A DNA stretch of 64,000 bases from IMG/VR virus record IMGVR_UViG_3300032020_001000, positions 19,862 to 83,861 of that record. One strand, given 5' to 3'. The position numbers were made by a program, and so were the translations under genes. Positions 9,821 to 18,794 of this stretch are shown here, piece by piece (the stretch's first letter is position 1; each line of letters starts with the position of its first letter). The notes beneath the pieces were generated by a model that saw only the letters and a list, made by a program, of their open reading frames with translations, was not told where the DNA came from and searched no databases. Source of the stretch: a virus.

Positions 9821-10198
9821 ATGAGCAGCAATCCGACACTAGCGCAAGTAACACACCAACTGCGCCAAGCGCACGCCAGCTATGATGCCGTCGTGCTGCG
9901 CGAACGCATCATCTGGGAGCAAGCCCTCCGCCATGCCGAGACCGCCTATAACGCTGAACTCACCGCCCATGATGCCTTATACGCGCGCGCCATAGAGGCG
10001 GCCGCCGAACGAATGAGAGTCATTGTCAAGCCCACCTGGGAGCAATACCGCACCGCGATGCACGACGCGGATATGGATCTCCAGGCAGCCATTCGGAAGT
10101 TCGAAGAGACGGCAGCGAGCTTACGCGGCGAAAGAGAACGGAAGCCGAGCAAAGCCAAGGGCCAGATGGTTAGTAAAGACACAGAGGCAAAGTCATGA
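9821..10198 (+). CDS. helical hypothetical protein
   Basis: GGAGG RBS; Ala-rich helical sequence. Confidence 0.6.
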   Translation: MSSNPTLAQVTHQLRQAHASYDAVVLRERIIWEQALRHAETAYNAELTAHDALYARAIEAAAERMRVIVKPTWEQYRTAMHDADMDLQAAIRKFEETAASLRGERERKPSKAKGQMVSKDTEAKS

Positions 10199-10217
10199 CG
10201 GCTAGCGTGCGCACGCG

Positions 10218-10466
10218 ATGACGACAAAGCAGCGGCTTGAGGAAGTCCTGCGGGCAGCCGGCCTGCATGAGATGGCCGCGAATGCGCTGCTCGGTGGCTA
10301 CGATGATTTCGAGACCACGAGTCCGACACCAATCCATGACCTGGTGCGGGATCTCAATGCTGCGGGCCGGCCCGATCTGGCGCAGCGGGCTATCAATGGG
10401 GAATGGGATGCAAGCCCCGATGAGGCGCGCGAATGGTTTAAACGCGAAGGCAGATATCTCCGATGA
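10218..10466 (+). CDS. hypothetical protein
   Basis: Globular-looking 82-aa ORF (GYDDFE...INGEWDA). Confidence 0.65.
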   Translation: MTTKQRLEEVLRAAGLHEMAANALLGGYDDFETTSPTPIHDLVRDLNAAGRPDLAQRAINGEWDASPDEAREWFKREGRYLR

Positions 10467-10545
10467 TGTGGGCGGCGGGAGGCACAGGGCGTGGCGCGGC
10501 CGAGAACCGCCTGCGCCAGAGTCAGGAGGATTGGGGGTGCGAGGA

Positions 10546-11031
10546 ATGAGTAGGAGGGACCAGGGACTGACGCCGGAGGAGTTGGAGCAGGCAGTTCATC
10601 ATGCGTTGCTGGCATTCAGCAACGAGCAGTTGGTGAGGGAACTGGAGCGGCGTTATGAGCACAATCACCCTCGCTACGCTCGATGGAAGCTACGACCTTC
10701 AGAGCTTGCGTTGGCGGCGCTGGACATGACTGGCGTGATCCGTAGCAAGACCCATGAATTGCTAAAGGCGGAGATGAAGCTGCTTAAGCTGACCAAAAAG
10801 GACATGCTCCAGCAAGCGGCGATAGCGGAAGCCCAGGCAGAGGTGGGGGGAGACATTATCGAACTGGTCAAGCAACGCGACAACGAGATGCCAGCGTGGG
10901 ACGGTTTACTCGCCGCCCTGAAGGAAAGACAAACGACGATCAGTCGGATAGTAGAGCGCTACAGATTGCCCGCGCGCGCGAGGACGGATGAGCTGGCAAG
11001 CACCGAAGAGGCAGAGGGCAGCGTCCATTAA
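10546..11031 (+). CDS. hypothetical protein directly upstream of the Cas12-like gene
   Basis: GAGG before MSRRDQG; helical composition. Confidence 0.6.
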   Translation: MSRRDQGLTPEELEQAVHHALLAFSNEQLVRELERRYEHNHPRYARWKLRPSELALAALDMTGVIRSKTHELLKAEMKLLKLTKKDMLQQAAIAEAQAEVGGDIIELVKQRDNEMPAWDGLLAALKERQTTISRIVERYRLPARARTDELASTEEAEGSVH

Positions 11032-11049
11032 GACTAGAGGGAAGTACCA

Positions 11050-12405
11050 ATGGCATTCCGGCGGGGAAAAGCGAAGGCCGAAGGACGGATAATTGGGATT
11101 CGCTTCAAGGTGAGCGACCCGAAGCCGGCCGACCTGGCGATGCTGAAGACGCTGGCAGCGCGCTGCCGCGAGTTGCGTTATCACCTCTTTGATTGGGCAG
11201 TCGCAAACGATGGTTCCGGGCCAGAGCACCTGCGCGCCATGTATTACGAGGCCGCCCGCTTGGCGCCCGATCTGTCGGCAGACATGAGAGGCACGATTGC
11301 CGGGGAAATACGCACGGCGATCAAGCAGTATCGCAAAGTGCAGCGCCAGGACCCGCTGGCGCGCCCCTTCGAGTTCAAGCGCGTCATCATTCCGGTCAAG
11401 GTCTCAAGCATCTATGAGTTGGCGCCAGAAGGGGCGAATGGTTATTGGCGGCTGCGTGTCGGACTATGGGCGAGGGGCGGCACTGAAGAAACCACGGCCA
11501 GTCTCCGTCTAGCCGCGGACACTAATCGCAACGGGGATGGCTATCAATTGGCGCACTACAATGCTGCGGTGGCCTGGGGACTGGAGGCAGGCTCCTCGCC
11601 GATAGGGGACGGTAAGATTGTGCTCCAACGCGGGAAGTGGCTCTACATTCAGGCCTTATCCTTGGCTCCGGTTATGGCGGTCGAGGGCCTGCGGGTTGCG
11701 GGGGTTGATGTGGGGCGCCATCATCTGGCAGTGGTGGCGATGCCCGAGAACGGAAAGACGGAGTTCGTGGGGCGTTACAATTGGGTGCGCGACTTGATCG
11801 CCGACCGCTGGCGGAAGACTCGTCTCTATCGTGCGGGCCTGCGGAAGCGCGCCAATGCCGAAAGCGATAGGGCGGCTGACAAGACAAAGACAATCTGTCA
11901 GCAGGTGGCGGCTCGCGTCGCGGATGTGCTCGTGCAGTGGGAGGCCACGCACGTGGCGATGGAAGACCTGACCGGCATGAGGGAGAGACTCGCGGAAAAG
12001 TTCGGCGAGGGCACCGAGGGAGCCGTCGTCAATGCGCGCTTCCCCTACTATAGATTGCAGGCGGCGATTGAGTATGCTTGCGGGAAGGTTGGGATTGCCA
12101 CCGTCAAGGTGGAGGCCAAATACAGTTCGCAGACGTGTTGGCGCTGCGGAGAAAGGGGCAAGCGGGATGGGCTAGAGTTTAGATGCGACGAGTGCGGCAA
12201 GGAGCATGCTGATGCAAATGCGGCCCGCGTGATAGCTCAGCGAGGTCGCGAAGAGGTGATGGCACAGATGGATCAAGCAAGGCCAGCGGTTCCGGCTGCT
12301 GGACCCCGGGCGCCTGTACGCCCGCACGCCGACGAAGCACAGGAGAGGCGGGAATCCTGTGCCGGTCTCGGCAATTGGCCGGAGAAAAATGAGGCTACGG
12401 TCTAG
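11050..12405 (+). CDS. TnpB/Cas12f-like RNA-guided nuclease (451 aa), CRISPR-adjacent
   Basis: RuvC-I GVDVG, RuvC-II AMEDL, Zn ribbon SQTCWRCG...FRCDECG, RuvC-III HADANAA; all three acidic catalytic residues present. Confidence 0.9.
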   Translation: MAFRRGKAKAEGRIIGIRFKVSDPKPADLAMLKTLAARCRELRYHLFDWAVANDGSGPEHLRAMYYEAARLAPDLSADMRGTIAGEIRTAIKQYRKVQRQDPLARPFEFKRVIIPVKVSSIYELAPEGANGYWRLRVGLWARGGTEETTASLRLAADTNRNGDGYQLAHYNAAVAWGLEAGSSPIGDGKIVLQRGKWLYIQALSLAPVMAVEGLRVAGVDVGRHHLAVVAMPENGKTEFVGRYNWVRDLIADRWRKTRLYRAGLRKRANAESDRAADKTKTICQQVAARVADVLVQWEATHVAMEDLTGMRERLAEKFGEGTEGAVVNARFPYYRLQAAIEYACGKVGIATVKVEAKYSSQTCWRCGERGKRDGLEFRCDECGKEHADANAARVIAQRGREEVMAQMDQARPAVPAAGPRAPVRPHADEAQERRESCAGLGNWPEKNEATV

Positions 12406-12566
12406 TGGGGCGCGCATTCACGGCCAACTACAGGCAGGCGGCCCCTGTGCGCTCGTGCCCCTGGGGTGTAGTGGGGCGCGCATTCACGGCCAACTACAGG
12501 CGCTCGCTCGCATAGGACGCGTTCTCAACCGCTGTAGTGGGGCGCGCATTCACGGCCAACTACAGG
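12399..12566 (+). CRISPR. CRISPR mini-array: three 36-bp repeats, two 30-bp spacers
   Basis: Repeat GSTSTAGTGGGGCGCGCATTCACGGCCAACTACAGG at 12399, 12465 and 12531; unique spacers 12435-12464 and 12501-12530; orientation inferred. Confidence 0.9.
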
Positions 12567-12600
12567 ACAGGGGAATAGGCAGACAGGAGAGGAGGATACG

Positions 12601-12885
12601 GTGATGCGAGTTAACGTTGGCAGGCTTAACCCGGACGAGTTGGCGGCACTGGTGACGGCGGGCGAGCAGCGCCTCGAGGACATGCGGAGGGCGGCGTCGC
12701 GTCTGCCGGAAGCGCAGCGGAACCTCGAGGAGGCCCTCGGGGAGCGCGATCGTATCAGCGCGGAGATCCGCGCACTGCGCGCAGAGATCGAGGGGCTGCA
12801 GAATACGATCAAGCCGAAGCGGCGGCGCAAGGCGACGCCCGAGGCCGCCGCAGAGGCCCCGGATGATGCCATTGCCGCCGAATGA
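12601..12885 (+). CDS. small coiled-coil protein (paralog of 5286-5624)
   Basis: MRVNVGRLNPDEL...PKRRRKA; GAGGAGG RBS. Confidence 0.75.
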   Translation: MMRVNVGRLNPDELAALVTAGEQRLEDMRRAASRLPEAQRNLEEALGERDRISAEIRALRAEIEGLQNTIKPKRRRKATPEAAAEAPDDAIAAE

Positions 12886-12907
12886 GCCCGTTCGGGGAGG
12901 GCAGAGC

Positions 12908-13102
12908 ATGGCATCGAGCGAGAAGGAGTGGCCGTCCGGCTACTGCGTGAGCGTGCCGCTGTACACGGCGGTGACGCGCGCGCTGATCCGCGACCGCGGA
13001 GATCGGCTCATAGACCAGGCGGGTCACAATGAGCTGATTCGCCTGCTGGCCGAGGTGCAAGAGTTCTTCGATGGACTGCCTCGCGCCGGGAGGGCAAGAT
13101 GA
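12908..13102 (+). CDS. hypothetical protein
   Basis: GGAGG RBS before MASSEK. Confidence 0.5.
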   Translation: MASSEKEWPSGYCVSVPLYTAVTRALIRDRGDRLIDQAGHNELIRLLAEVQEFFDGLPRAGRAR

Positions 13103-13104
13103 AT

Positions 13105-13206
13105 GTTGGGCGGCGGGTAGTGTATGCGTTGGCGATTGGCGCATGCCTCCATCGGCGCCGGAAGAAGCCGCCGGGCGAGTACGGTGCCGCTTCCTGCCCG
13201 CCGCCC
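13105..13206 (+). ncRNA. structured intergenic element, copy 2
   Basis: Near-identical to 5156-5257. Confidence 0.55.
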
Positions 13207-13229
13207 CATGTCCGGGAAAGGAGTCAATC

Positions 13230-13430
13230 GTGAGTGAGCGCCACACGGAGTCTGAACTGCGGGGGATGATCACCGCCCGCCAGAACGAGATCGAGGAGAT
13301 CATGTACCGGTGCGAGCGGTCGGGGTTTCCCCAGGCCGCAGAAGAACTGCAGGATGCCATGGTTGACCTGACGGCGGCGAAGCATGCCCTGGTGCGCGAG
13401 GCGAAGGCGCGGGAGGTCCAGGGGGAATGA
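13230..13430 (+). CDS. hypothetical protein
   Basis: AAGGAG RBS, GTG start, coupled to the next gene. Confidence 0.55.
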   Translation: MSERHTESELRGMITARQNEIEEIMYRCERSGFPQAAEELQDAMVDLTAAKHALVREAKAREVQGE

Positions 13431-14425
13431 CCCGTCGCATCGGGCGCTTTCAGTCCAAGCCGGGCATAGTCTGCGCTGGGTTCTGGCGCTTGCCCTACAT
13501 TGCTGCATGCCCGCATCAGTGCGCCTACTGCTACCTCGCGGGGACATACTGGCGCGGCCTCCCGCGGGATTTGACCGAGGCCGATCTGCCGGAGATGCAG
13601 CATGAAGTAGAGCGCTGGATGGAACGCACACGCTGCGAGGTCTGCGATGGCAGCGGCGAGTGGTGTCGGGCCTGTGATGCGCCCAGTCATGGCCCGGTGC
13701 AGGATGATGCAACGGGGGGACCCTGTCCAGTCTGCAAGGGCACCGGCGGAGCGATCCTCAACGCCGGCGAGCTGTCTGATTCCTTCGCCCCGGCGATCTC
13801 GGCGGAGCTGAGCCTGCGTCTCATCGAGATGTTCCGGGCTCAGGATAGGCACACGCTGCTGCTGCTCACCAAGGCCCTGCCGCATAGAGTGCTTCGCAAG
13901 ACCGAGCCGACGCCGCAGGTAATCCTGAGCTTCTCGCTGGGCCAGCAGCGGTTCTGCGGCCAACCGCTTGCGGGGCGCGGCCCCACCGGCGAGGCTCTGA
14001 TTGCGGCGGCGGGGGAGCTGCGCGCGATGGGATGGCGGGTTCGGCTGCGGATCGATCCCATCATCGACCGCCAAGGCCCGGAGCAGATCGAGCGGCTGCT
14101 GGAGAAGACACCTGGGCCGTGGGAGCGGATCACGCTCGGCTCGTTGAGATTCACCGAGGCGACCCACCGCCTGATGGTTCTCGGCACGCCCCTGCAGCAT
14201 GCCTTGGCCGGGCACCTAGTAGCCCGGATGGAGCCGGACTTTGGCCACCATCCGTGGCGGCTGGGCACGCATGAGCGGGTGCGGCTCTACCGCGACATCC
14301 GGGAGCGCCTGGCCGGCTGCACGGATTCCTGGGCGCTGTGCAAGGAGACGCCTGACATCTGGCGCCTGACCTTTGGCGCGGACTGGCCCGGGCATGAGTC
14401 GGTGCGGTGTAACTGTACGCCGTAG
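13427..14425 (+). CDS. radical SAM protein, spore-photoproduct-lyase-like
   Basis: CPHQCAYCYL (CxxxCxxC), GELSDS, LLTK, RIDPII, LCKE. Confidence 0.8.
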   Translation: MTRRIGRFQSKPGIVCAGFWRLPYIAACPHQCAYCYLAGTYWRGLPRDLTEADLPEMQHEVERWMERTRCEVCDGSGEWCRACDAPSHGPVQDDATGGPCPVCKGTGGAILNAGELSDSFAPAISAELSLRLIEMFRAQDRHTLLLLTKALPHRVLRKTEPTPQVILSFSLGQQRFCGQPLAGRGPTGEALIAAAGELRAMGWRVRLRIDPIIDRQGPEQIERLLEKTPGPWERITLGSLRFTEATHRLMVLGTPLQHALAGHLVARMEPDFGHHPWRLGTHERVRLYRDIRERLAGCTDSWALCKETPDIWRLTFGADWPGHESVRCNCTP

Positions 14426-14474
14426 GAAGCGGCCGACATCACCGCCATCCATGACAACACGAGGAGGCGACCGA

Positions 14475-16115
14475 GTGACCGACCAGACGGCTATTACCTA
14501 CGTCGAGGCGCGGAGCCTGCATGAGTCCGCGACCAACCCGCGCCGGCACTTCGACGAGCGCGGGCTCGAGGAGCTCGCGGCCAGCATCCGCGAGCAGGGC
14601 ATCATCAACGCGCTGCTGGTGCGCCCCATTCGTGACGACCGCGGCGAGCAGGTGATGGAGCGCGGGCCCAAGGATGATCGCAAGCCTCGGCCATCATACG
14701 AGGTGATCTGCGGCGCCCGCCGGCTGCGGGCCGCCCGGGCGGCGGGGCTGGAGTCCATCCCGATCGTGATCCGCGACCTCAACGACGCCCAGGCGCTGGA
14801 AACACAGGTCGTGGAGAACCTGCAGCGCGAGGACGTGCATCCCCTGGACGAGGCCCATGGTTTCCGCGCGCTCATGGAGAGCTGCCGCTACGACGTCACG
14901 GCGGTGGCAGCCAAGGTTGGGCGCTCGCAGTCCTACATCTACCAGCGCCTCAAACTGTGCGAACTCATCGAGCCGGTGCAGACCGCGCTGTGGGAGGAAA
15001 AGATCACCGCCGCCCATGCCATCCTGATCGCCCGCCTCCAGCCCCACGATCAGGCCGAGGCGCTGAAGCAGGCCACGCCCCGTTATCTCCAGGGCGACCA
15101 TGTCAGCGCCGCTCATCTCGACGACTGGATTAGAAGCAACATCCTGCTCGACCTGCACGCCGCGCCATTCGCCAAGGCGGATGCGCCGGACCTGGTGCCA
15201 TCCGCGAGCGTTTGCAAAGATTGCAAAAAGCGGACGGGGTACACGCCGGCGCTGTGGAGTGACCTGGCGAAGCGGGACCTGTGCGCCGACCGTGCCTGCT
15301 ACCACGCGAAGACCACCGCCCACGTCGAGCGCGCACTCGCGGCGGCGAAGACGAAGGGCGAGCGGCTGCTGCGGCTCAGCAGGCATTATGGGGCGACGGA
15401 TAAGGGCATCCTCTCGCGCAATGACTACTCCCAGCTAAAATCCGGCCTCAAGCATTGTGAAGCGGCGGGCAAGGGCATCATCGTCGGCGGCGAGGACGAC
15501 CTGGGGCAGATCATCACCGTGTGCCCGCGCTCCTCGAAGTGCAAAGAGCACTGGGGATCGAGTTCGTCGGCGCGCGCGCCGTCTGAGATCGCGGCGGAGA
15601 AGAAGCGCAAGGAGGCGAAGCGCGCCGCCCAGCGCGCGGGCCAACTGGTGCTCGAGCGGATCATGGAACGCGCGCGGGCGGAACCATTCGGCGCGCCGGC
15701 GATGCGGCTGCTTTATGCCGCCCAGACGCGGCACCTGGATCATAACGCGGCGAAACGCATGAGCGAGCAGCTCGGGCTGGAGCCGTCGAAGAACAACTGG
15801 GGCGGTACCGATTATCGAGGGGCAATCGTCAGCGTTTTCGATAATGAAGGGTCGCCCGAAAAGATCGCAACCGCGACCATCGAGTTGGCGCTGCAGGCGG
15901 AACTGGCAAGCGATCTCAACAACCACCAATTCGACGGCAAGTACGAGCACCTGCGGCAGCGCGGAAAAGACTGGGGCGTCAATGTCGCCGGCGCCGAGCG
16001 CCAGGTGGCGGCCGAGGAAAAGCAGCGCGCGGACGCGGCGGCCGCCCGGGCCAAGAAGCCGGCGCCCACCGGGAAGAAGCAAGCCAAGGCTAAGGGCAAG
16101 GCCGAGGGCAAATGA
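14475..16115 (+). CDS. ParB/RepB/Spo0J-family protein
   Basis: NPRRHF, LAASIREQG, GARRLRAA, ENLQRED, HTH; GTG start after GAGGAGG. Confidence 0.88.
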   Translation: MTDQTAITYVEARSLHESATNPRRHFDERGLEELAASIREQGIINALLVRPIRDDRGEQVMERGPKDDRKPRPSYEVICGARRLRAARAAGLESIPIVIRDLNDAQALETQVVENLQREDVHPLDEAHGFRALMESCRYDVTAVAAKVGRSQSYIYQRLKLCELIEPVQTALWEEKITAAHAILIARLQPHDQAEALKQATPRYLQGDHVSAAHLDDWIRSNILLDLHAAPFAKADAPDLVPSASVCKDCKKRTGYTPALWSDLAKRDLCADRACYHAKTTAHVERALAAAKTKGERLLRLSRHYGATDKGILSRNDYSQLKSGLKHCEAAGKGIIVGGEDDLGQIITVCPRSSKCKEHWGSSSSARAPSEIAAEKKRKEAKRAAQRAGQLVLERIMERARAEPFGAPAMRLLYAAQTRHLDHNAAKRMSEQLGLEPSKNNWGGTDYRGAIVSVFDNEGSPEKIATATIELALQAELASDLNNHQFDGKYEHLRQRGKDWGVNVAGAERQVAAEEKQRADAAAARAKKPAPTGKKQAKAKGKAEGK

Positions 16116-17911
16116 GAAGCAGCCCGCGAATCGAGTTGGGCCGCACAGTCGAGGATGCCCGGCCATTCTATCTCGACATGGAGACCCTCCTTCCGACGCG
16201 CCTGCTGCTGCAGGCGACGAGCGGCGGGGGCAAGTCATGGGCACTCCGCCGCATCCTGGAACAATCCCACGGGAGCATTCAGCAGATCGTGATTGACCCC
16301 GAGGGCGAGTTCCCCAGCCTGCGCGAGAAGTATGACTATGTCCTGGTGGGCAAGGGCGGCGACATTGCGGCCGAGCCGCGGTTGGCAGAGATGCTGGCGC
16401 ATCGGCTGCTCGAGTTGGGCGTCAGCGCCGTCTGCGATCTCTACGAGATGCGCGCCCGCGAGCGGCCGCACTTTGTGAAGGTTTTCCTCGAGGGCTTGAT
16501 CAACGCACCGCGCAAACTTTGGCATCCGGTTCTGATCGTTGTCGATGAGGCACATGCGTACTGCCCTGAAAAGGCCGACTCCGAATCAACCGATGCAGTA
16601 TGCGACCTCTGCACGCGCGGACGCAAGCGCGGCTTCTGCGCGATCCTGGCAACGCAGCGACTGAGCAACCTGAACAAGCAGGCGGCCGCGCAATGCTTTA
16701 ACGTCATGGTCGGCCCGACCAGCCTGGACATTGATCGCAAGCGCGCGGTCGAGGCCCTGGGTCTGAGCGGCGCCGAGCAGAAGCGCGTCCAGAACCTGCT
16801 GATGACGCGCGAGCCGGGCGAGTTCTACTGCATCGGTCGGGCGATGTCCAAGTCGCTCGCGTTGGTGAAGGTCGGCGGCGTGCAGACACATCACCCGGAG
16901 ATCGCGCGGGGTGCTCGAGCGGTGCAAGGGCCTCCCCCACCCCCGGAACGGGTCAAGGCTATGCTGGCGAAGCTGGCCGACCTGCCGCGGGCCGCAGAAG
17001 AAGACATTCAAGAGCGCGCCGGTTTACAGCGCCGGGTGCGCGAGTTGACCGGCGAGTTGGCGGCGGCGAAGCGGGTGGCACCGGGGCGGATAGATGACAA
17101 GCAAGAATTGGAGCTGCGCGCCGAGGTGCGCGCGGCCAAGGGGGCGCTGGCCGGCGCGGAGGTTCTGCACCGGCAGCGGATTGCGGAGGCGCGCAAGGCC
17201 GGCGACGAACTCAAGGGCATACTGAGCCGCGTGGCAGATCTGGCGGCGAAAGCGGCTGCGATCACGTTGCCAGACCCCGCGGTGAGCCTGATCGAATGGG
17301 ACAAAGCCGCAGGCGGGGCAGGTGGGCCGCCGATCGTCGGGACGCAACCTCCAGAACCTAGCATGCGAAGGCTGGATGGACGCCGGCGAGTTCCCGGCCC
17401 CCCGCCCGCAGGCCTTGATACCGCAGAGCCGTTGCTGCGCGCCGGTGCGCTGCGGATGCTGCGCACCCTTGCGCAGCACCACCCGATGGTTATGACGCGC
17501 AGCCAGCTCGGCACGCTCAGCGGCTTCACCCCGAGCGGCGAGACATTCGGTACCTACCTCGGCGACCTGCGTCGTGGCGGGTACATCGCTCTGGAAGGCC
17601 GCGAAGTAGAGATTACCGAGGCCGGCCTTGAACGCGCGGGCCGCGTACCGCCCACGCCGACCACGCTCGATGAACGGCTCGATGTCTGGCGGGGGGCCCT
17701 CCGCGCCGGCGAGCGGAAGATGCTCGATATCCTGGTCGAAGTTTACCCCGATACCCTCAGTCGCCAGGACCTCGCGGAGCGCACGGGTTTCGAGGCCAGC
17801 GGCGGCACATTCGGCACCTACCTCGGCGTGCTGCGGCGCAACGGACTGATCGAGGTGCGCGGCCCGGAAGTGCGCGCATCAGACACGCTGTTCATGGGGG
17901 ACGGAGCATGA
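16112..17911 (+). CDS. HerA/FtsK-like (DUF87) ATPase with two C-terminal wHTH-like repeats
   Basis: ATSGGGKS, IDPEGE, VVDEAH, GRKRG, LATQR; duplicated SG.TFGTYLG.LRR.G motif. Confidence 0.82.
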   Translation: MRSSPRIELGRTVEDARPFYLDMETLLPTRLLLQATSGGGKSWALRRILEQSHGSIQQIVIDPEGEFPSLREKYDYVLVGKGGDIAAEPRLAEMLAHRLLELGVSAVCDLYEMRARERPHFVKVFLEGLINAPRKLWHPVLIVVDEAHAYCPEKADSESTDAVCDLCTRGRKRGFCAILATQRLSNLNKQAAAQCFNVMVGPTSLDIDRKRAVEALGLSGAEQKRVQNLLMTREPGEFYCIGRAMSKSLALVKVGGVQTHHPEIARGARAVQGPPPPPERVKAMLAKLADLPRAAEEDIQERAGLQRRVRELTGELAAAKRVAPGRIDDKQELELRAEVRAAKGALAGAEVLHRQRIAEARKAGDELKGILSRVADLAAKAAAITLPDPAVSLIEWDKAAGGAGGPPIVGTQPPEPSMRRLDGRRRVPGPPPAGLDTAEPLLRAGALRMLRTLAQHHPMVMTRSQLGTLSGFTPSGETFGTYLGDLRRGGYIALEGREVEITEAGLERAGRVPPTPTTLDERLDVWRGALRAGERKMLDILVEVYPDTLSRQDLAERTGFEASGGTFGTYLGVLRRNGLIEVRGPEVRASDTLFMGDGA

Positions 17912-18591
17912 GGTGCTGGCCGGAAAATGAAGAACAACTCGCCGCCCCTATCCTGCCGTGGCTGGAGCAGCAGCACTGGGACGTGTACCAGGAAGTTCAG
18001 ATCCTAGCCTACGAGAGTGTTGCCGACATCGTGGCAATCCAGGGGCCCCTCATCTGGGTCATCGAGGTAAAGCGCAGCCTCGGGTTCCGGGTATGCGAGC
18101 AGGCGATTCGATGGCAGCAGATAGCCCACCTCGTCTCGGTGGCGGTGCCGGCCACCGAGCGGGGCGGCCGCGGGCCATTCGTCACCCACATGCTCCATCA
18201 TATCGGCCTCGGAGTTATCACGGCGCGAGAGCATGGCAGTCCACACGAGTTGCTGTCGGCGCGTCTGTGTCGGCGCACCGTGCCGGTGCTGACCGCCCGC
18301 CTGCGCAAAGCCTGCACCGAGGAGCGCAAGCACTTCGCGCGGGCCGGCAATGCGGAAGGCTTGCGCTACACGCCTTTTAGCGCCACCTGTCGAGCCGTGC
18401 TGGACTATGCGACGAAGCATCCCGGTGCCACCCTCAAGGAGGTGGTGGAGGGGATTGACCATCACTACCGCAGCGACACGACGGCGCGATCCTGCCTGGC
18501 CCAGTGGATTCGGGCTGGCAAGGTGCGCGGAGTAGTGGCGCGGCACGAGGGCCGGCTAATGCGGGTCTATGTGGCCCAGGAGAACACGTGA
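17908..18591 (+). CDS. PD-(D/E)XK nuclease-like protein with C-terminal HTH
   Basis: YQEV...ADIVA...IEVK...EQA pattern. Confidence 0.65.
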   Translation: MRCWPENEEQLAAPILPWLEQQHWDVYQEVQILAYESVADIVAIQGPLIWVIEVKRSLGFRVCEQAIRWQQIAHLVSVAVPATERGGRGPFVTHMLHHIGLGVITAREHGSPHELLSARLCRRTVPVLTARLRKACTEERKHFARAGNAEGLRYTPFSATCRAVLDYATKHPGATLKEVVEGIDHHYRSDTTARSCLAQWIRAGKVRGVVARHEGRLMRVYVAQENT

Positions 18592-18794
18592 TCGCTAATG
18601 ACCAGAGAGTGATGCGTTGCGGCAGCGGCTGGCCAACGGAAACCGGTAGATGCCTTCTGCGGGAGGGAGACATGTGTCGCAAGTGGCTGAGGATTGGTCG
18701 CCGCAGCAGCGATGGCGCGGTCTGCCTGCTGTCTCCAGGGGAGGTACGGGCGGTGCTGGCCTTCGCCGATGCCTACCGGAAAGGAGCGGACTAA
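18588..18794 (+). CDS. small Cys-rich hypothetical protein
   Basis: GTG coupled, AGGAG RBS. Confidence 0.45.
   Translation: MIANDQRVMRCGSGWPTETGRCLLREGDMCRKWLRIGRRSSDGAVCLLSPGEVRAVLAFADAYRKGAD

Noticed and set aside
11050-12405. IS200/IS605 or IS607 transposon
   Set aside because: No transposase gene was seen, and the 3' end joins a repeat-spacer array rather than an IS end.
12435-12464. Spacer 1 (reverse complement) resembles the CAGGGGCAC boxes at 34111-34130 and near 28183
   Set aside because: Only ~9-nt blocks match and a gap is needed, so it is not a credible self-protospacer. No full match to either spacer was seen by eye.
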